From an uncultured Actinomycetes bacterium (GTDB taxonomy: Bacteria > Actinomycetota > Thermoleophilia > Solirubrobacterales > 70-9): DNA of 64,000 nucleotides. Shown one piece after another: positions 17,173-26,654 of this stretch (position 1 is its first letter; each line of letters begins with the position of its first letter). Both the position numbers and the translations under genes were made by a program. Where the stretch lies: contig CAVREA010000004.1 of NCBI GenBank assembly GCA_963720015.1, forward strand, positions 213,141-277,140. Direction: 5' to 3'. The notes under the pieces are model-generated. The model worked only from the letters and a program-made list of their open reading frames with translations. It did no database searches and was not told the origin of the DNA.

Positions 17173-18339
17173 ATGGGATTCCTCAGCCGCAAGACCACCA
17201 CAGCAGAGCCATCCACGAACGGCGCGCCGCCCGCGGTCGCCGAGGAGCTCGAGCGCGTCGAGCAGGAGGCGATGGACGAGTCGCCCGAGATTCGCGCCGA
17301 GCCCGACCCGGGGAAGGACGACGGCGGGACCGCCGAGCCTCGAGACCTCGAGAAGGAGCTGGCCGAGGCCGAAGCCGGCGGAGAGCCCGAGGGCGCCGGG
17401 AGCGAACCCTCCAGCAACCCGGCCGCCCCCGGACGCGAAGCGGAGGAGGCGGCCGGCACCGACTCCGAGTCCGAGTCCGAGGGGCGAATGATGCCCCGGG
17501 ACCTGATCGCCCCAGACCGGCGGAAGATGGCCGCCGAGGCGGCCGAGGCCGAGAAGGCGGTCGCCGAGGCTCCCGTCAAGCACGCCGAGGTGATCGCCTT
17601 CGCCAACCAGAAGGGCGGAGTCGCCAAGACGACGACGACCCTCAACCTGGCTGTCGCCTTCGCCGAGAGCGGCCACCGCGTCCTCTGCATCGACCTGGAT
17701 CCGCAGGGCAACCTGACGATGAGCCAGGGGATCGACCCGGACAAGGTGGAAAAGAGCCTCTACGACGTGCTCGTGCACGACATGCCGATCTCCGAGATCA
17801 TCGCCAAGCGCGAGATCGACATCGCCGTGGCCTCGATCGACCTGGCCGGCGCCGAGATCGCGATGAGCACGAAGATCGGCCGCGAGCGCTCGCTGGAGAA
17901 GGCGCTGAAGGAGGTCTCCGGCGATTACGACTTCATCTGCATCGACACGCCGCCCAGCCTCGGGCTGCTCACGATCAACGCGCTGACGGCGGCGACCAAG
18001 GTGATCGTCCCCGTCCAGTGCGAGTATCTGTCGATGCGTGGCCTGGTCCAGCTCCAGAACACGCTCAAGATGATCCAGGAGAACCTCAACCCCGACGTCA
18101 AGATCGAGGGCATCCTGCCCACGATGCTCGACTCGCGGACCGTTCACGCCAAGGAGGCGGTCGAGATCCTCGAGGAGAACTTCGGCGACCTCGTCTTCAA
18201 GTCGCGGATCCGCAAGGCGATCAAGTTCGCCGAGGCCCCGGTGAGAGGTGCTTCCGTGCTCAAGTACGATTCGCAGAGCAACGCCGCCAACTACTACCGG
18301 GAGCTGGCCAAGGAGGTTCTCAGCAATGGCTCGTCGTAA
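17173..18339 (+). CDS. Orphan ParA/MinD-superfamily ATPase, 388 aa, with a ~130-aa acidic disordered N-terminal extension
   Basis: The core is VIAFANQKGGVAKTTTTLNLAVAFAESGHRVLCIDLDPQGNLT (deviant Walker A KGGxxKT). No parB follows. The last 14 nt overlap the ftsZ start. Confidence 0.85.
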   Translation: MGFLSRKTTTAEPSTNGAPPAVAEELERVEQEAMDESPEIRAEPDPGKDDGGTAEPRDLEKELAEAEAGGEPEGAGSEPSSNPAAPGREAEEAAGTDSESESEGRMMPRDLIAPDRRKMAAEAAEAEKAVAEAPVKHAEVIAFANQKGGVAKTTTTLNLAVAFAESGHRVLCIDLDPQGNLTMSQGIDPDKVEKSLYDVLVHDMPISEIIAKREIDIAVASIDLAGAEIAMSTKIGRERSLEKALKEVSGDYDFICIDTPPSLGLLTINALTAATKVIVPVQCEYLSMRGLVQLQNTLKMIQENLNPDVKIEGILPTMLDSRTVHAKEAVEILEENFGDLVFKSRIRKAIKFAEAPVRGASVLKYDSQSNAANYYRELAKEVLSNGSS

Positions 18340-19882
18340 GCGCGCGAGCATGAGGGAGGGGCCGCTCGCCGACCTCTTCCGCTCCACCGTCGACGATCCG
18401 CCCGCGGATCCCCCCGAGGCTCCGCAGGAGCTGTCCCGCGAAGCGTCCCCGAAGCCCGCTCCGGACGCAGACGCGCCGCGCTACGGACGCGAGGACCCGG
18501 TGGGGGAGACCCCTGCTCCCGATCCTGGGCCTGCTCCCGGCCCCGGGCCCGACCCCGGTCCTCCGCCCGCACCTTCGGACCCCGTCCCGCCGACCCAGCC
18601 GGATCCGGCGCCCGAGCCGCAGATCCGCGAGGCGCCCGACGACGAGGACCCCCTTGCCCCGCCGACCCGCGGCGCCGACGTCTCAAGCCTGCCCAAGCCG
18701 AAGGAGCGCCTCAGCCGGATCTTCGGCGACGACGCCTCCCGCGGCCGGGAGCCGGCCGGACGGGACTACGTGGAGACCCCCCGCTACGGCCGCGACGAGC
18801 CCGAGTACGAGCCCCGCGGCGGCAGCCCGCACACGCCGCGGATCCGCGTCGTCGGCGTCGGCGGCGCCGGCGTCAACGCGATAAACCGCATGGTCGAGGC
18901 CCAGATCCCCGGGGTCGAGTTCATGGCCGTGAACACGGACCTGCAGTCGCTGCAGCTGTGCATCGCCGACGTCACCATCCACATCGGCGGCGAGCAGACC
19001 CGCGGCCTCGGCGCCGGAGCGGACCCCGACCTCGGCTTCAAGAGCGCCTTCGAGGAGCAGGACAAGATCAAGCGCCTGCTCAAGGGGTCCGACATGGTCT
19101 TCGTCGCCGCCGGCGCCGGCGGCGGGACGGGAACGGGCGCCGCTCCGGTCGTGGCCCGGCTGGCCCGCGAGGTCGGAGCCCTTACCGTCGGCATCATCTC
19201 GAAGCCGTTCAGCTTCGAGGGCAGCCGCCGGGGCACGCAGGCGGCCAAGGGCATAGAGGCCCTCGCCGCCGAGGTGGACACCCTGATCGTGGTGCCCAAC
19301 GACCGCCTGCTCGACGTCCTCGACCAGCAGACCTCGATGGTGGAGGCCTTCCAGGTTGCCGACGACGTCCTGCGCCAGGGGGTGCAGGGCATCTCGGACC
19401 TCGTCACCCTGCCGGCAGTGATCAACCTCGACTTCGCCGACGTGCGGACGATCATGTCCGAGGCCGGCCAGGCGCTGCTCGGGATCGGCATGGGAACCGG
19501 CGAGGAGCGAGCGCTGGCCGCCGCCGAGAAGGCGATCTCCTCACCGCTGCTGGAGACTTCGATGGACGGAGCCCGCTCGATCCTGCTCTCGATCACCGGC
19601 GGCGCCGACCTCTCGCTGGTGGAGGTGTCGGAGGCGGCCAAGGTTGTCGGCGAGGCCGCGCACCCGGACGCCAACATCATCTTCGGCGCCAACATCGACG
19701 ACGACCTCACCGACCAGGTCTGGGTGACCGTGGTCGCGACCCGCTTCGACGGCCGCGCCCGGCCGCAGCGGCGCACCGAGGAGCCGACCATCCACCGCAC
19801 GAGGGAGAGCGGCCGGCCGCGCCGTTCGGAGCGGCCGGGAGACCTCGGCTCGCTCGACGTACCCGAGTTCCTGCCCAACTGA
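18326..19882 (+). CDS. ftsZ: Cell division GTPase FtsZ with a ~170-aa Pro-rich N-terminal extension
   Basis: The ATG at 18326 is preceded by AAGGAGG (18310-18316). The core motifs are RVVGVGGAGVNAINRM, GGGTGTGAAPVVA (tubulin signature), NLDFADV (T7 loop) and the C-terminal peptide LDVPEFLPN. The extension contains two copies of PRYGR[ED][DE]P. There is no in-frame ATG closer to the core than the Met at residue 9. Confidence 0.85.
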   Translation: MARRKRASMREGPLADLFRSTVDDPPADPPEAPQELSREASPKPAPDADAPRYGREDPVGETPAPDPGPAPGPGPDPGPPPAPSDPVPPTQPDPAPEPQIREAPDDEDPLAPPTRGADVSSLPKPKERLSRIFGDDASRGREPAGRDYVETPRYGRDEPEYEPRGGSPHTPRIRVVGVGGAGVNAINRMVEAQIPGVEFMAVNTDLQSLQLCIADVTIHIGGEQTRGLGAGADPDLGFKSAFEEQDKIKRLLKGSDMVFVAAGAGGGTGTGAAPVVARLAREVGALTVGIISKPFSFEGSRRGTQAAKGIEALAAEVDTLIVVPNDRLLDVLDQQTSMVEAFQVADDVLRQGVQGISDLVTLPAVINLDFADVRTIMSEAGQALLGIGMGTGEERALAAAEKAISSPLLETSMDGARSILLSITGGADLSLVEVSEAAKVVGEAAHPDANIIFGANIDDDLTDQVWVTVVATRFDGRARPQRRTEEPTIHRTRESGRPRRSERPGDLGSLDVPEFLPN

Positions 19883-19917
19883 CGGAGTCTGATGACCCCA
19901 GGAAGCGGGGTCCCTGA

Positions 19918-21466
19918 GTGAACGGGGTGGTGGCCGCCGGCCATCCGCTGACGGCCGAGGCCGGTTCCTGGGCCCTCCGCGAAGGTGGCAACGCGGTCGA
20001 CGCGGCGGTCTGCGCAGCGCTGACATCGTTCGCGCTCGAAACTCCGCTCACCGGCCTCGGCGCCGGCGGCTACATGCTGGTCCACGACCCGGCCGGGGAG
20101 GACGTGCTGGTCGACTTCTTCGTCGAGGCTCCCGGGCTGGGCGGGATCGAGCGCGGCGCCGAGCTGGTCCCGATCGACGTCTACTTCGATCCCTCCACCG
20201 TCCAGGTCTTCCACGTCGGGGCGGCGTCCTGCGGGGTTCCCGGCACCGCCGCCGGTCTCGCCCACGCGCTCGAGCGCTTCGGGACGATGCCGCTGGAGGC
20301 GCTGGTCGCGTCCCGGCGTCCGCCACGCGCGCGAAGGAGCCCATCTCAACCGTCAGCAGGCCTTCCTGCTCGAGATCCTCGAGCCGATCTACACCCGCAC
20401 CGAGGAGCTGCGCGAGATCTACGCGCCAGCCGGCCGGATCCTGCGCGAGGGCGAGATCTTCCGCTTCCCCGATCTCGCCGACGCCCTCGAGCGCCTCGCG
20501 GCGGACGGCCCGCAGCCCTTCTACTCGGGCGAGATCGGCCAGGCGATCGCCGATTTCGTCCTCGCCCGCGGCGGCACGCTCTCGCGCGCCGACCTCGAGG
20601 CCTACGCGGCGGTGGAGCGGGAGCCCGTGCGGGCCGCGTTCGCCGGGTGCGAAGTCCTCACCAACCCGCCGCCCTCATCGGGCGGGATCCTGATCGCCTT
20701 CGCGCTCGACCTGCTCGAGCGGCTCGGCCGCGGCGACGTGGAGGCGGTGGTCACGGTGATGCGGGCGGCGAACGAGGAGCGCGGCGAGAGCTTCACCGAC
20801 GGCCTGCGCGAGCCCGGCTTCCTCGGGCGCTTCCTCGACCCCGCCAGACTCGACGGCATCGCCGAGGGGCTGCGCCGCGGCCCCTCGCCGCCCGGCCGCG
20901 ACCTGCCCGGCGACGCGCTCGGCTCGACGACCCACCTGGTCGCGATCGACGCCGACGGTGTCTGCGCGAGCGTTACCTGCTCGAACGGGACCGGGTCCGG
21001 GGTGCTGGTGCCGGGGACGGGGGTCCACGTCAACAACATGCTCGGCGAGGAAGACCTCAACCCGCACGGGTTCCACCGGACGCCCCCCGGCACCCGGCTG
21101 CCGTCGATGATGTCCCCGACGGTGGTCCTGCGCGACGGCGAGGTGGTCGCAGGCCTCGGCAGCGCCGGCTCCAACCGGATCCGCTCCGCGGTCCTGCAGA
21201 CGGTGTTGAGGATGCTGCTCGACGGGTTCGGGCCCGCGGCGGCGATCGAGGCGCCGCGTGTCCACTTCGAAGCAGGGACCGTGCAGGCCGAGCCGGGCGT
21301 GGACCAGACGGGGCTGCGGCGGATCGAGGAGTCCGGCACGGCCGTCGTCCGCTGGGATCACAAGAACCTCTTCTTCGGAGGCGTCCAGGCCGTCAAGCGG
21401 GAGCCGGACGGGGCCCTGGGCGGGGCCGGGGACTCGCGCCGGGGAGGCGCGGCCGCGGTCGCCTAG
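19918..21466 (+). pseudogene. ggt: Gamma-glutamyltranspeptidase; one apparent 1-nt insertion near 20311
   Basis: The N-terminal part reads VVAAGHPLTAEAG...LGAGGYMLVH...FGTMPLEALVA. After the frame change it reads GVRHAREGAHLNRQQAFLLEIL...PPPSSGGILIAF...GSTTHLVAIDADG (the catalytic Thr in the TTH motif)...NNMLGEEDLNP. Confidence 0.8.
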
Positions 21467-21469
21467 CCC

Positions 21470-22087
21470 TCAGGGGCCGATGTGCACCCTGCCGTTCGAT
21501 TTCGCCCGCTCGGCCAGGTCACCGGCCTTGTCGAGCGCCTCCTGGAGCGTTGTCAGCACCCGCGCCAGCATCGCCATCCGCTCGGCCTCGCCGCGCATCT
21601 GCAGCAGCTCCTGCTTGGTCTCCGCCGGCAGCTCGACCCGGGCGGCCAGACCGTAGGCGGTCGCCTCCGCCAGCTCGTCGTCGGTGGGCCGTTCGCCCGC
21701 AGCCATCTCGGCGAGGTCGGCGAAAGCGCTGCGGGCCGCCGCCGCATCGGGAGCCTCGGCCGCCGGCTCCTCCTCTTCGACCAGCTCGACCTCGGCCGCC
21801 GGCTCCTCCGGGTCGTCGAAGCGGTCGAGCACCCGGAATGGGATGCCGCCGCTGACGACGACGTTGAGGCGGCCGTCCTCGAAGCGCTCGAGGACCTCGG
21901 TGACGTGGGCCGTGCAGCCCATCGAGCGGGCGCCCTCGGCGTCGCGGAGCACGATCCCGAAGGGCTCCCCCGCCTCCAGGCAGCGGCCGATCATCCGCTT
22001 GTAGCGCTCCTCGAATATGTGCAGCGGAATCACCTCTCCGGGGAGCAGCACCAGCGGCAGCTCGAATATCGGCAGCGATTGCGGCAC
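21470..22087 (-). CDS. Lon protease N-terminal (LON substrate-binding) domain protein
   Basis: LPIFELPLVLLPGEVIPLHIFEERYKRMI...GEPFGIVL is the LON-N signature. The maximal ORF runs to 22171 but would then overlap the divergent cyclase start. The GTG at 22087 is my preferred, uncertain start. Confidence 0.7.
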   Translation of the reverse strand: MPQSLPIFELPLVLLPGEVIPLHIFEERYKRMIGRCLEAGEPFGIVLRDAEGARSMGCTAHVTEVLERFEDGRLNVVVSGGIPFRVLDRFDDPEEPAAEVELVEEEEPAAEAPDAAAARSAFADLAEMAAGERPTDDELAEATAYGLAARVELPAETKQELLQMRGEAERMAMLARVLTTLQEALDKAGDLAERAKSNGRVHIGP

Positions 22088-22163
22088 TTCCTCCAGTCTA
22101 GGAATCCCCGGGGACCGGGCCGTCGCGACGCTCCGCTGCCGGGCAGTAGAGAATGAGCCCGGG

Positions 22164-23300
22164 ATGAGCAAGGACGGGATCGATTTCGAGGCGGAGGGGC
22201 TGCTCGGCGACCTCGAGGGGGAGCAGCGCCAGGCCCGCCTCGCCCTGCTCGAGGACCTCGCCGAGGACGGCGCCGAGCTCGAGGAGCTGCGCGAGGCTAC
22301 GGCCGCCGGCCGTCTGGCGCTGCTGCCGGTGGAGAGGGCGCTTGCGGGCGACGGGCCGCGCTACACGCCGGAGGAGGTGGCGGAGAAGGCCGGCGTCGAT
22401 CTCGAGATCCTGCAGCGGTACATCGCCGCTCTCGGCCTGCCGGTTCCCGAGCCTGGCGAGCCGGTCCTCACCGACCACGACGTCGACTCCGCGAAGCGCG
22501 TCAAGGCCTTCGAGGAGATCGGGCTGCCCGAGGAGGGCACGCTTCAGGTCGCCCGCACGATCGGGATGGCGACGGCCCGGATCGCGCAGGCCAACCGCGA
22601 GCTGATCCGCGACGCGCTCGTCCACGAGGACGACAACGAGCACGATCTCGCGCTGCGGTTCGCCGCGGCGGCCAGGGTGATGATGCCGCTGGTGGCCCCG
22701 ACCCTGGCCTACTCGATGCAGATGCACCTGATCGAGCAGATCCGGCGGGACGTGATCGGCGCCGCCGAGATCGCCTCGGGCGAGGTCGGCAGCGCCACCG
22801 ACGTCGCGATCTGCTTCGTCGACATGGTCGACTTCACCAAGCTCGGGGAGCGGGTAGACGTCGAGGAGCTGGGCCACGTCGCCGGTCGGCTCGAGGAGGT
22901 GGCGACCTCGGTCGCGAAGTCGCCGGTGCGCGTCGTCAAGCTGATCGGCGACGCCGCGATGCTGGTCTCGGCCGAGGTCGCGCCGCTCTTCGACGCCGCG
23001 CTCCAGATCATCGAGGCCGCGGACGCCGAGGGTGAGCAGTTCCCCCAGCTTCGCGGCGGAATCGCCTTCGGTACGACTCTCGGGCAGGGCGGCGACTACT
23101 ACGGCAGGCCGGTCAACCTGGCCAGCCGGATCACCGGCGTGGCCAGGCCGAGCAGCCTCCTCGCCACCGCCGAGGCGGTCGAGGCGGCTGGTGACGCCTT
23201 CCACTACTCGTTCGCCGGGGTGCGCTCGCTGAAGGGGATCGACGGCAGGGTGCGGTTGTTCCGGGTCCGCCGCGAGCCCCGGAAGGGCTCGAACGGCTAG
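22164..23300 (+). CDS. Class III adenylate/guanylate cyclase with an N-terminal regulatory region
   Basis: The catalytic-domain motifs are VAICFVDMVDFTKLGERV, VKLIGDAAMLV and RGGIAFGTTLGQGGDYYGRPVNLASRI. The start is the ATG at 22164. Confidence 0.8.
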   Translation: MSKDGIDFEAEGLLGDLEGEQRQARLALLEDLAEDGAELEELREATAAGRLALLPVERALAGDGPRYTPEEVAEKAGVDLEILQRYIAALGLPVPEPGEPVLTDHDVDSAKRVKAFEEIGLPEEGTLQVARTIGMATARIAQANRELIRDALVHEDDNEHDLALRFAAAARVMMPLVAPTLAYSMQMHLIEQIRRDVIGAAEIASGEVGSATDVAICFVDMVDFTKLGERVDVEELGHVAGRLEEVATSVAKSPVRVVKLIGDAAMLVSAEVAPLFDAALQIIEAADAEGEQFPQLRGGIAFGTTLGQGGDYYGRPVNLASRITGVARPSSLLATAEAVEAAGDAFHYSFAGVRSLKGIDGRVRLFRVRREPRKGSNG

Positions 23301-23343
23301 TGCCCGACGGCAGCTTCGTCGTCGTTGCCGTGATCGCGCTGCC

Positions 23344-24270
23344 TCAGGCCGGCTTGCGGCCGGAAAGAACCAGGTTGTAGAAGAGCTCCGCCGGCAGCCG
23401 CGGCTCGAGCAGGGCGCTGTCTACGGCCTGCAGCGCCAGGTAGCTGCGGAAGGCGAACTTGCGCCACCGCCAGGGGATCTCGTCGTGCTCCGCCGATGCC
23501 TCCATCGAGCGCAGCACCCAGCCGTACATGTTGGCCAGCAGCTCCTCGCCGCCGACGCGGCGGTCCTCGAAGCCGGCCTCGCGCAGGAGCCTGCGCAGGT
23601 CGGCGGGGGCGAACGAGTGGACGTCGACCTCCCACTCGAGCCCGTGCCCGCTCTCCGCGGCCTGGACCTTTCCGGAGCGCTCGGGCGCCCTGACGGCGAA
23701 GCGCCACAGGGGCGCGACCGCGATCCCGGCGCGCTTGGGAACGCCCGCCAGCCGGTCGCCGTAGCGGGAGGGCTCGCCGCAGAAGGCGATCGCCCCTCCG
23801 GGGCGCAGCACCCGCCGGAACTCGGCGAATGCGGCGCCGAGGTCGGGGATGTGGTGGAGGACCGCGTGCCCGAAGACCAGGTCGAAGCTCTCGTCCTCGA
23901 ACGGCAGCCGCTCCGCATCGGTTGCGACCGTGTTCACCTCGACGCCGAGCCGCGCCGCGTGGGCGGCAAGGGTGGCGAGCATCCCCGGCGAGATGTCGGT
24001 GGCCGTGGCCCGCTCGACCATGCCTAGGCCGAGCAGGTTGAGGGAGAAGTAGCCGGTTCCGGAGCCGATCTCGAGCGCGTCGCCGAAGGGCGCCGACGGG
24101 GCTCCGCCCAGCGCCTTCGCCAGCTTCGCGGCGACCTGTTCGCGACCGGTTTCGCCGAAGTCGATCCCCCACTTGGCGTCGTAGGAGTCGGCCGCCGCGT
24201 CGTGGTAGCGGGTGTTGACGTCCCTGATGTGGTCGGCGGTGGCGTCGGGGGCGGCCGGCATGGCGGGCAA
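23344..24270 (-). CDS. Class I SAM-dependent methyltransferase, 308 aa
   Basis: Motif I is LEIGSGTGYFSLNL. Post-I and II motifs are DISPGML and FDLVFGHAVLHH. It is divergent from the next methyltransferase. Confidence 0.8.
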   Translation of the reverse strand: MPAMPAAPDATADHIRDVNTRYHDAAADSYDAKWGIDFGETGREQVAAKLAKALGGAPSAPFGDALEIGSGTGYFSLNLLGLGMVERATATDISPGMLATLAAHAARLGVEVNTVATDAERLPFEDESFDLVFGHAVLHHIPDLGAAFAEFRRVLRPGGAIAFCGEPSRYGDRLAGVPKRAGIAVAPLWRFAVRAPERSGKVQAAESGHGLEWEVDVHSFAPADLRRLLREAGFEDRRVGGEELLANMYGWVLRSMEASAEHDEIPWRWRKFAFRSYLALQAVDSALLEPRLPAELFYNLVLSGRKPA

Positions 24271-24319
24271 TAGTAGGCGGCGAGCGGCCCGGTTGAGTCA
24301 GCCATTACCGTCCCGGCCC

Positions 24320-25072
24320 GTGAGCGATCAATACGTTCAGCGCGACCAGCCGCCCGGCGTGCCTCCGCTCGAGCTGACCGGCGAGAGGACCCTTCCCGAC
24401 GTTCCCGAGGAGAACTACTGGTACCGGCGCCACCTCGCCGTCTACGAGTGGATCGCAGGACGCGTCGCGGGACTGCGGATCGCCGACCTCGCCTGCGGCG
24501 AGGGCTACGGCTCCGCCGTTCTGGCGGAGCGGGCCGCCGACGTGATCGGCGTGGACGCCAATCCGGACGCCCACGAGCATGCGCGGCGGCGCTACGTCCG
24601 CGACAACCTCCGCTTCGAGCGCGGCCTGGTCGAGCAGTTCGCCGAGCCCCGTGACGCGATCGTCTTTCTGCAGACGATCGAGCACGTGGAGCGCCCGCAG
24701 GACCTGTTGCGGGGGTTCGCGGCGGCGGCGCCGGTCTCCTACGTATCGACGCCCAACCGGCTGACCCTGGCGCCGGCCGGCGCCGAGAAGTCCGACAACC
24801 CCTGGCACCTGCGCGAGTACACGATCTCCGAGTACCGTGAGCTGCTCGAGCCGTGCTTCGCAAGCGTCGAGATCCTCGGGCTCTTCCACGCCCGCAAGCT
24901 CCGCGCCCACGAGCTCGCGATCGGCCTCGGCTGGGACCACGTCCACAAGACCCTTCGCATCACCAAGCCCTTCTACGACCGCTTCACCCCCGCCATAAGT
25001 GCAAAGGACTTCCGGCTCATGAGTGACGGCCTGGAGGGGGCGTTGGACTTCCTCGCGATCTGCCATGCGTAG
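24320..25072 (+). CDS. Class I SAM-dependent methyltransferase, ~250 aa (Rv3030-like position)
   Basis: Motifs: IADLACGEGYGSAVLA (motif I), VIGVDANPDA and IVFLQTIEHV. The GTG start at 24320 was chosen to avoid overlapping the divergent gene. Confidence 0.75.
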   Translation: MSDQYVQRDQPPGVPPLELTGERTLPDVPEENYWYRRHLAVYEWIAGRVAGLRIADLACGEGYGSAVLAERAADVIGVDANPDAHEHARRRYVRDNLRFERGLVEQFAEPRDAIVFLQTIEHVERPQDLLRGFAAAAPVSYVSTPNRLTLAPAGAEKSDNPWHLREYTISEYRELLEPCFASVEILGLFHARKLRAHELAIGLGWDHVHKTLRITKPFYDRFTPAISAKDFRLMSDGLEGALDFLAICHA

Positions 25073-25133
25073 GAGAAACGGGCTTGTAGAGGGGGTGGGA
25101 CTGGGGCGTGACGTCTTCTTCCGGTGGGTGGTG

Positions 25134-25187
25134 CGGAAATGGGGGACCGCGCCTCGGCGCAGCCGAGGTGTGGTGGCACCATTTCCG
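25134..25187 (+). other. Nested inverted repeats (stem-loop) immediately upstream of the GH57 gene
   Basis: The outer arms are CGGAAATGG (25134-25142) and CCATTTCCG (25179-25187). The inner arms are CCTCGGC (25152-25158) and GCCGAGG (25162-25168). Function unknown. Confidence 0.3.
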
Positions 25188-26637
25188 TGACAGGACCCGC
25201 CGGGCAGGGCACCGATCCCTCGGCCGTCAACGGACACGACACGGTCGGAGACCTGGCGATCGTGCTGCACAGCCACATGCCCTACGTCGAGGGCTTCGGC
25301 ACCTACCCCTTCGGCGAGGAGTGGCTCTTCGACGCGGTGATCCGCTCCTACCTGCCGGTGCTCGATGTCGCCCGCGACGTGACGATGACGATCACGCCGG
25401 TGCTGGCCGACCAGCTCGAGGACCCTGGGACCGCGGAGCGGCTGCGGGAATTCCTGCTGACCTACCGGATCGCCAGCGCCGAGGCCGACGTCGAGGAGGT
25501 CGAGGCCGCGTGCCGGCCCGCGGCTGCGGCGGAGGCCGCCCGCCACCGGCGCGCGCTCGAGCTGCTCGACGCCGCCGGCGATCCGCTGACGCCGTTCCGG
25601 GCCGCGGCGGAGGAGGGGAGGGTCGCGCTGATGGCGTCGGCCGCCACCCACGCCGTCCTGCCGATGCTCGCGACCCGCCCCGGAATGGCCCTGCAGCTCG
25701 ACGCGGGCATCCGCTCGCACCGCCGCCGCTTCGGCTGGGACGGGGGCTTCTGGCTGCCGGAGTGCGCCTACGCCCCGGCGATCGACGATGAGCTCGCCCG
25801 CCACGGTGTGCGCTGGTTCTGCATCGATCAGAGCGCCGCCGAGCCGGGGGTGGCCGCCCCGGCGCCGATCCGCTCGCCGGGAGGCCCGGTTGCGTTTGCC
25901 CTCGACTGGGAGGCGATCGGTTGGCTCTGGTCGCTGGACGGCTACCCGTCCGACCCCGCCCATGCGCAGTTCGCCGGCAAGTCGTGGCGGGGCACGAGGA
26001 TCTGGCGGGTCGGCGGCGGCGCCTACGACCCGGCGGCGGCCGAGGGGGCCGCGCGCCGGCAGGCGCGCGAATTCCTCGAGGCGGTCGCAGCGCGGCTCGG
26101 CGAGCGGGCCCGCCAGGCCGGAAAGCGCGGGCTGCTCGTCTTCGCAATCGACACCGAGCTTCTCGGCCACTGGTGGCTGGAAGGGCCCGTCTGGTTCCGG
26201 CAGGTGCTCGAGGGGGCGGCCGGCGCCGGGATCAGCCTGACCACGCTGCCCGCCGCGCTCGCCATCCACGAGGCCGAGGACCGCCCGTTGCGCGCCTCGA
26301 CCTGGGGCGAGGGCAAGGACCTGCGGACCTGGGACTCGCCGCCGGTCGCCGACCTCGCCTGGGCGCGCGCGCAGGCTGGAGCTGCGCCTGCTGCGCGCCC
26401 TGGGCCGCGGCCTCGACGGGCCCGCGGCGGAGCGCGCCGCGCGCGAGCTGCTGGCCGCCCAGGCGAGCGACTGGGCATTCCTCGACAGCCGCGGTCAGGC
26501 CGGCGACTATCCGTTCCGGCGGGCCAGCGGTCACGCCGAGGCGATGCTCGAGGCCATAGACTCCGGGCCTGCACCGGACCCGCGGATGCGGGCCCTGGCA
26601 CCCAGACCTCAGCCTCGCGCCGCTCCTCGAGCCCTAG
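25187..26637 (+). pseudogene. GH57-family glycoside hydrolase (branching-enzyme-like, Rv3031-like); frame changes near 26365 and probably near 26602
   Basis: The N-terminus is LAIVLHSHMPYVEGFGTYPFGEEWLFDAVIRSYLPVL (GH57). The frame switches inside a GCGCGCGCGC run (26363-26372) to RLELRLLRALGRG...ASDWAFLDSRGQAGDYPF. The natural-looking end DLSLAPLLEP-TAG (26635-26637) is in a third frame. Read literally, the second frame instead runs into the GT4 gene. The start could be 25124 or 25187. Confidence 0.7.
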
Positions 26638-26654
26638 CCACTCCGTCAGCCATC

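Noticed and set aside
18326-18840. That the FtsZ N-terminal extension is non-coding and the real start lies near the GTPase core.
   Set aside because: There is no in-frame ATG between residue 9 and the core. A perfect AAGGAGG precedes 18326. The frame stays open for 170 codons with G/C-rich third positions and an internally duplicated peptide motif. An internal GTG/TTG start cannot be excluded without data.
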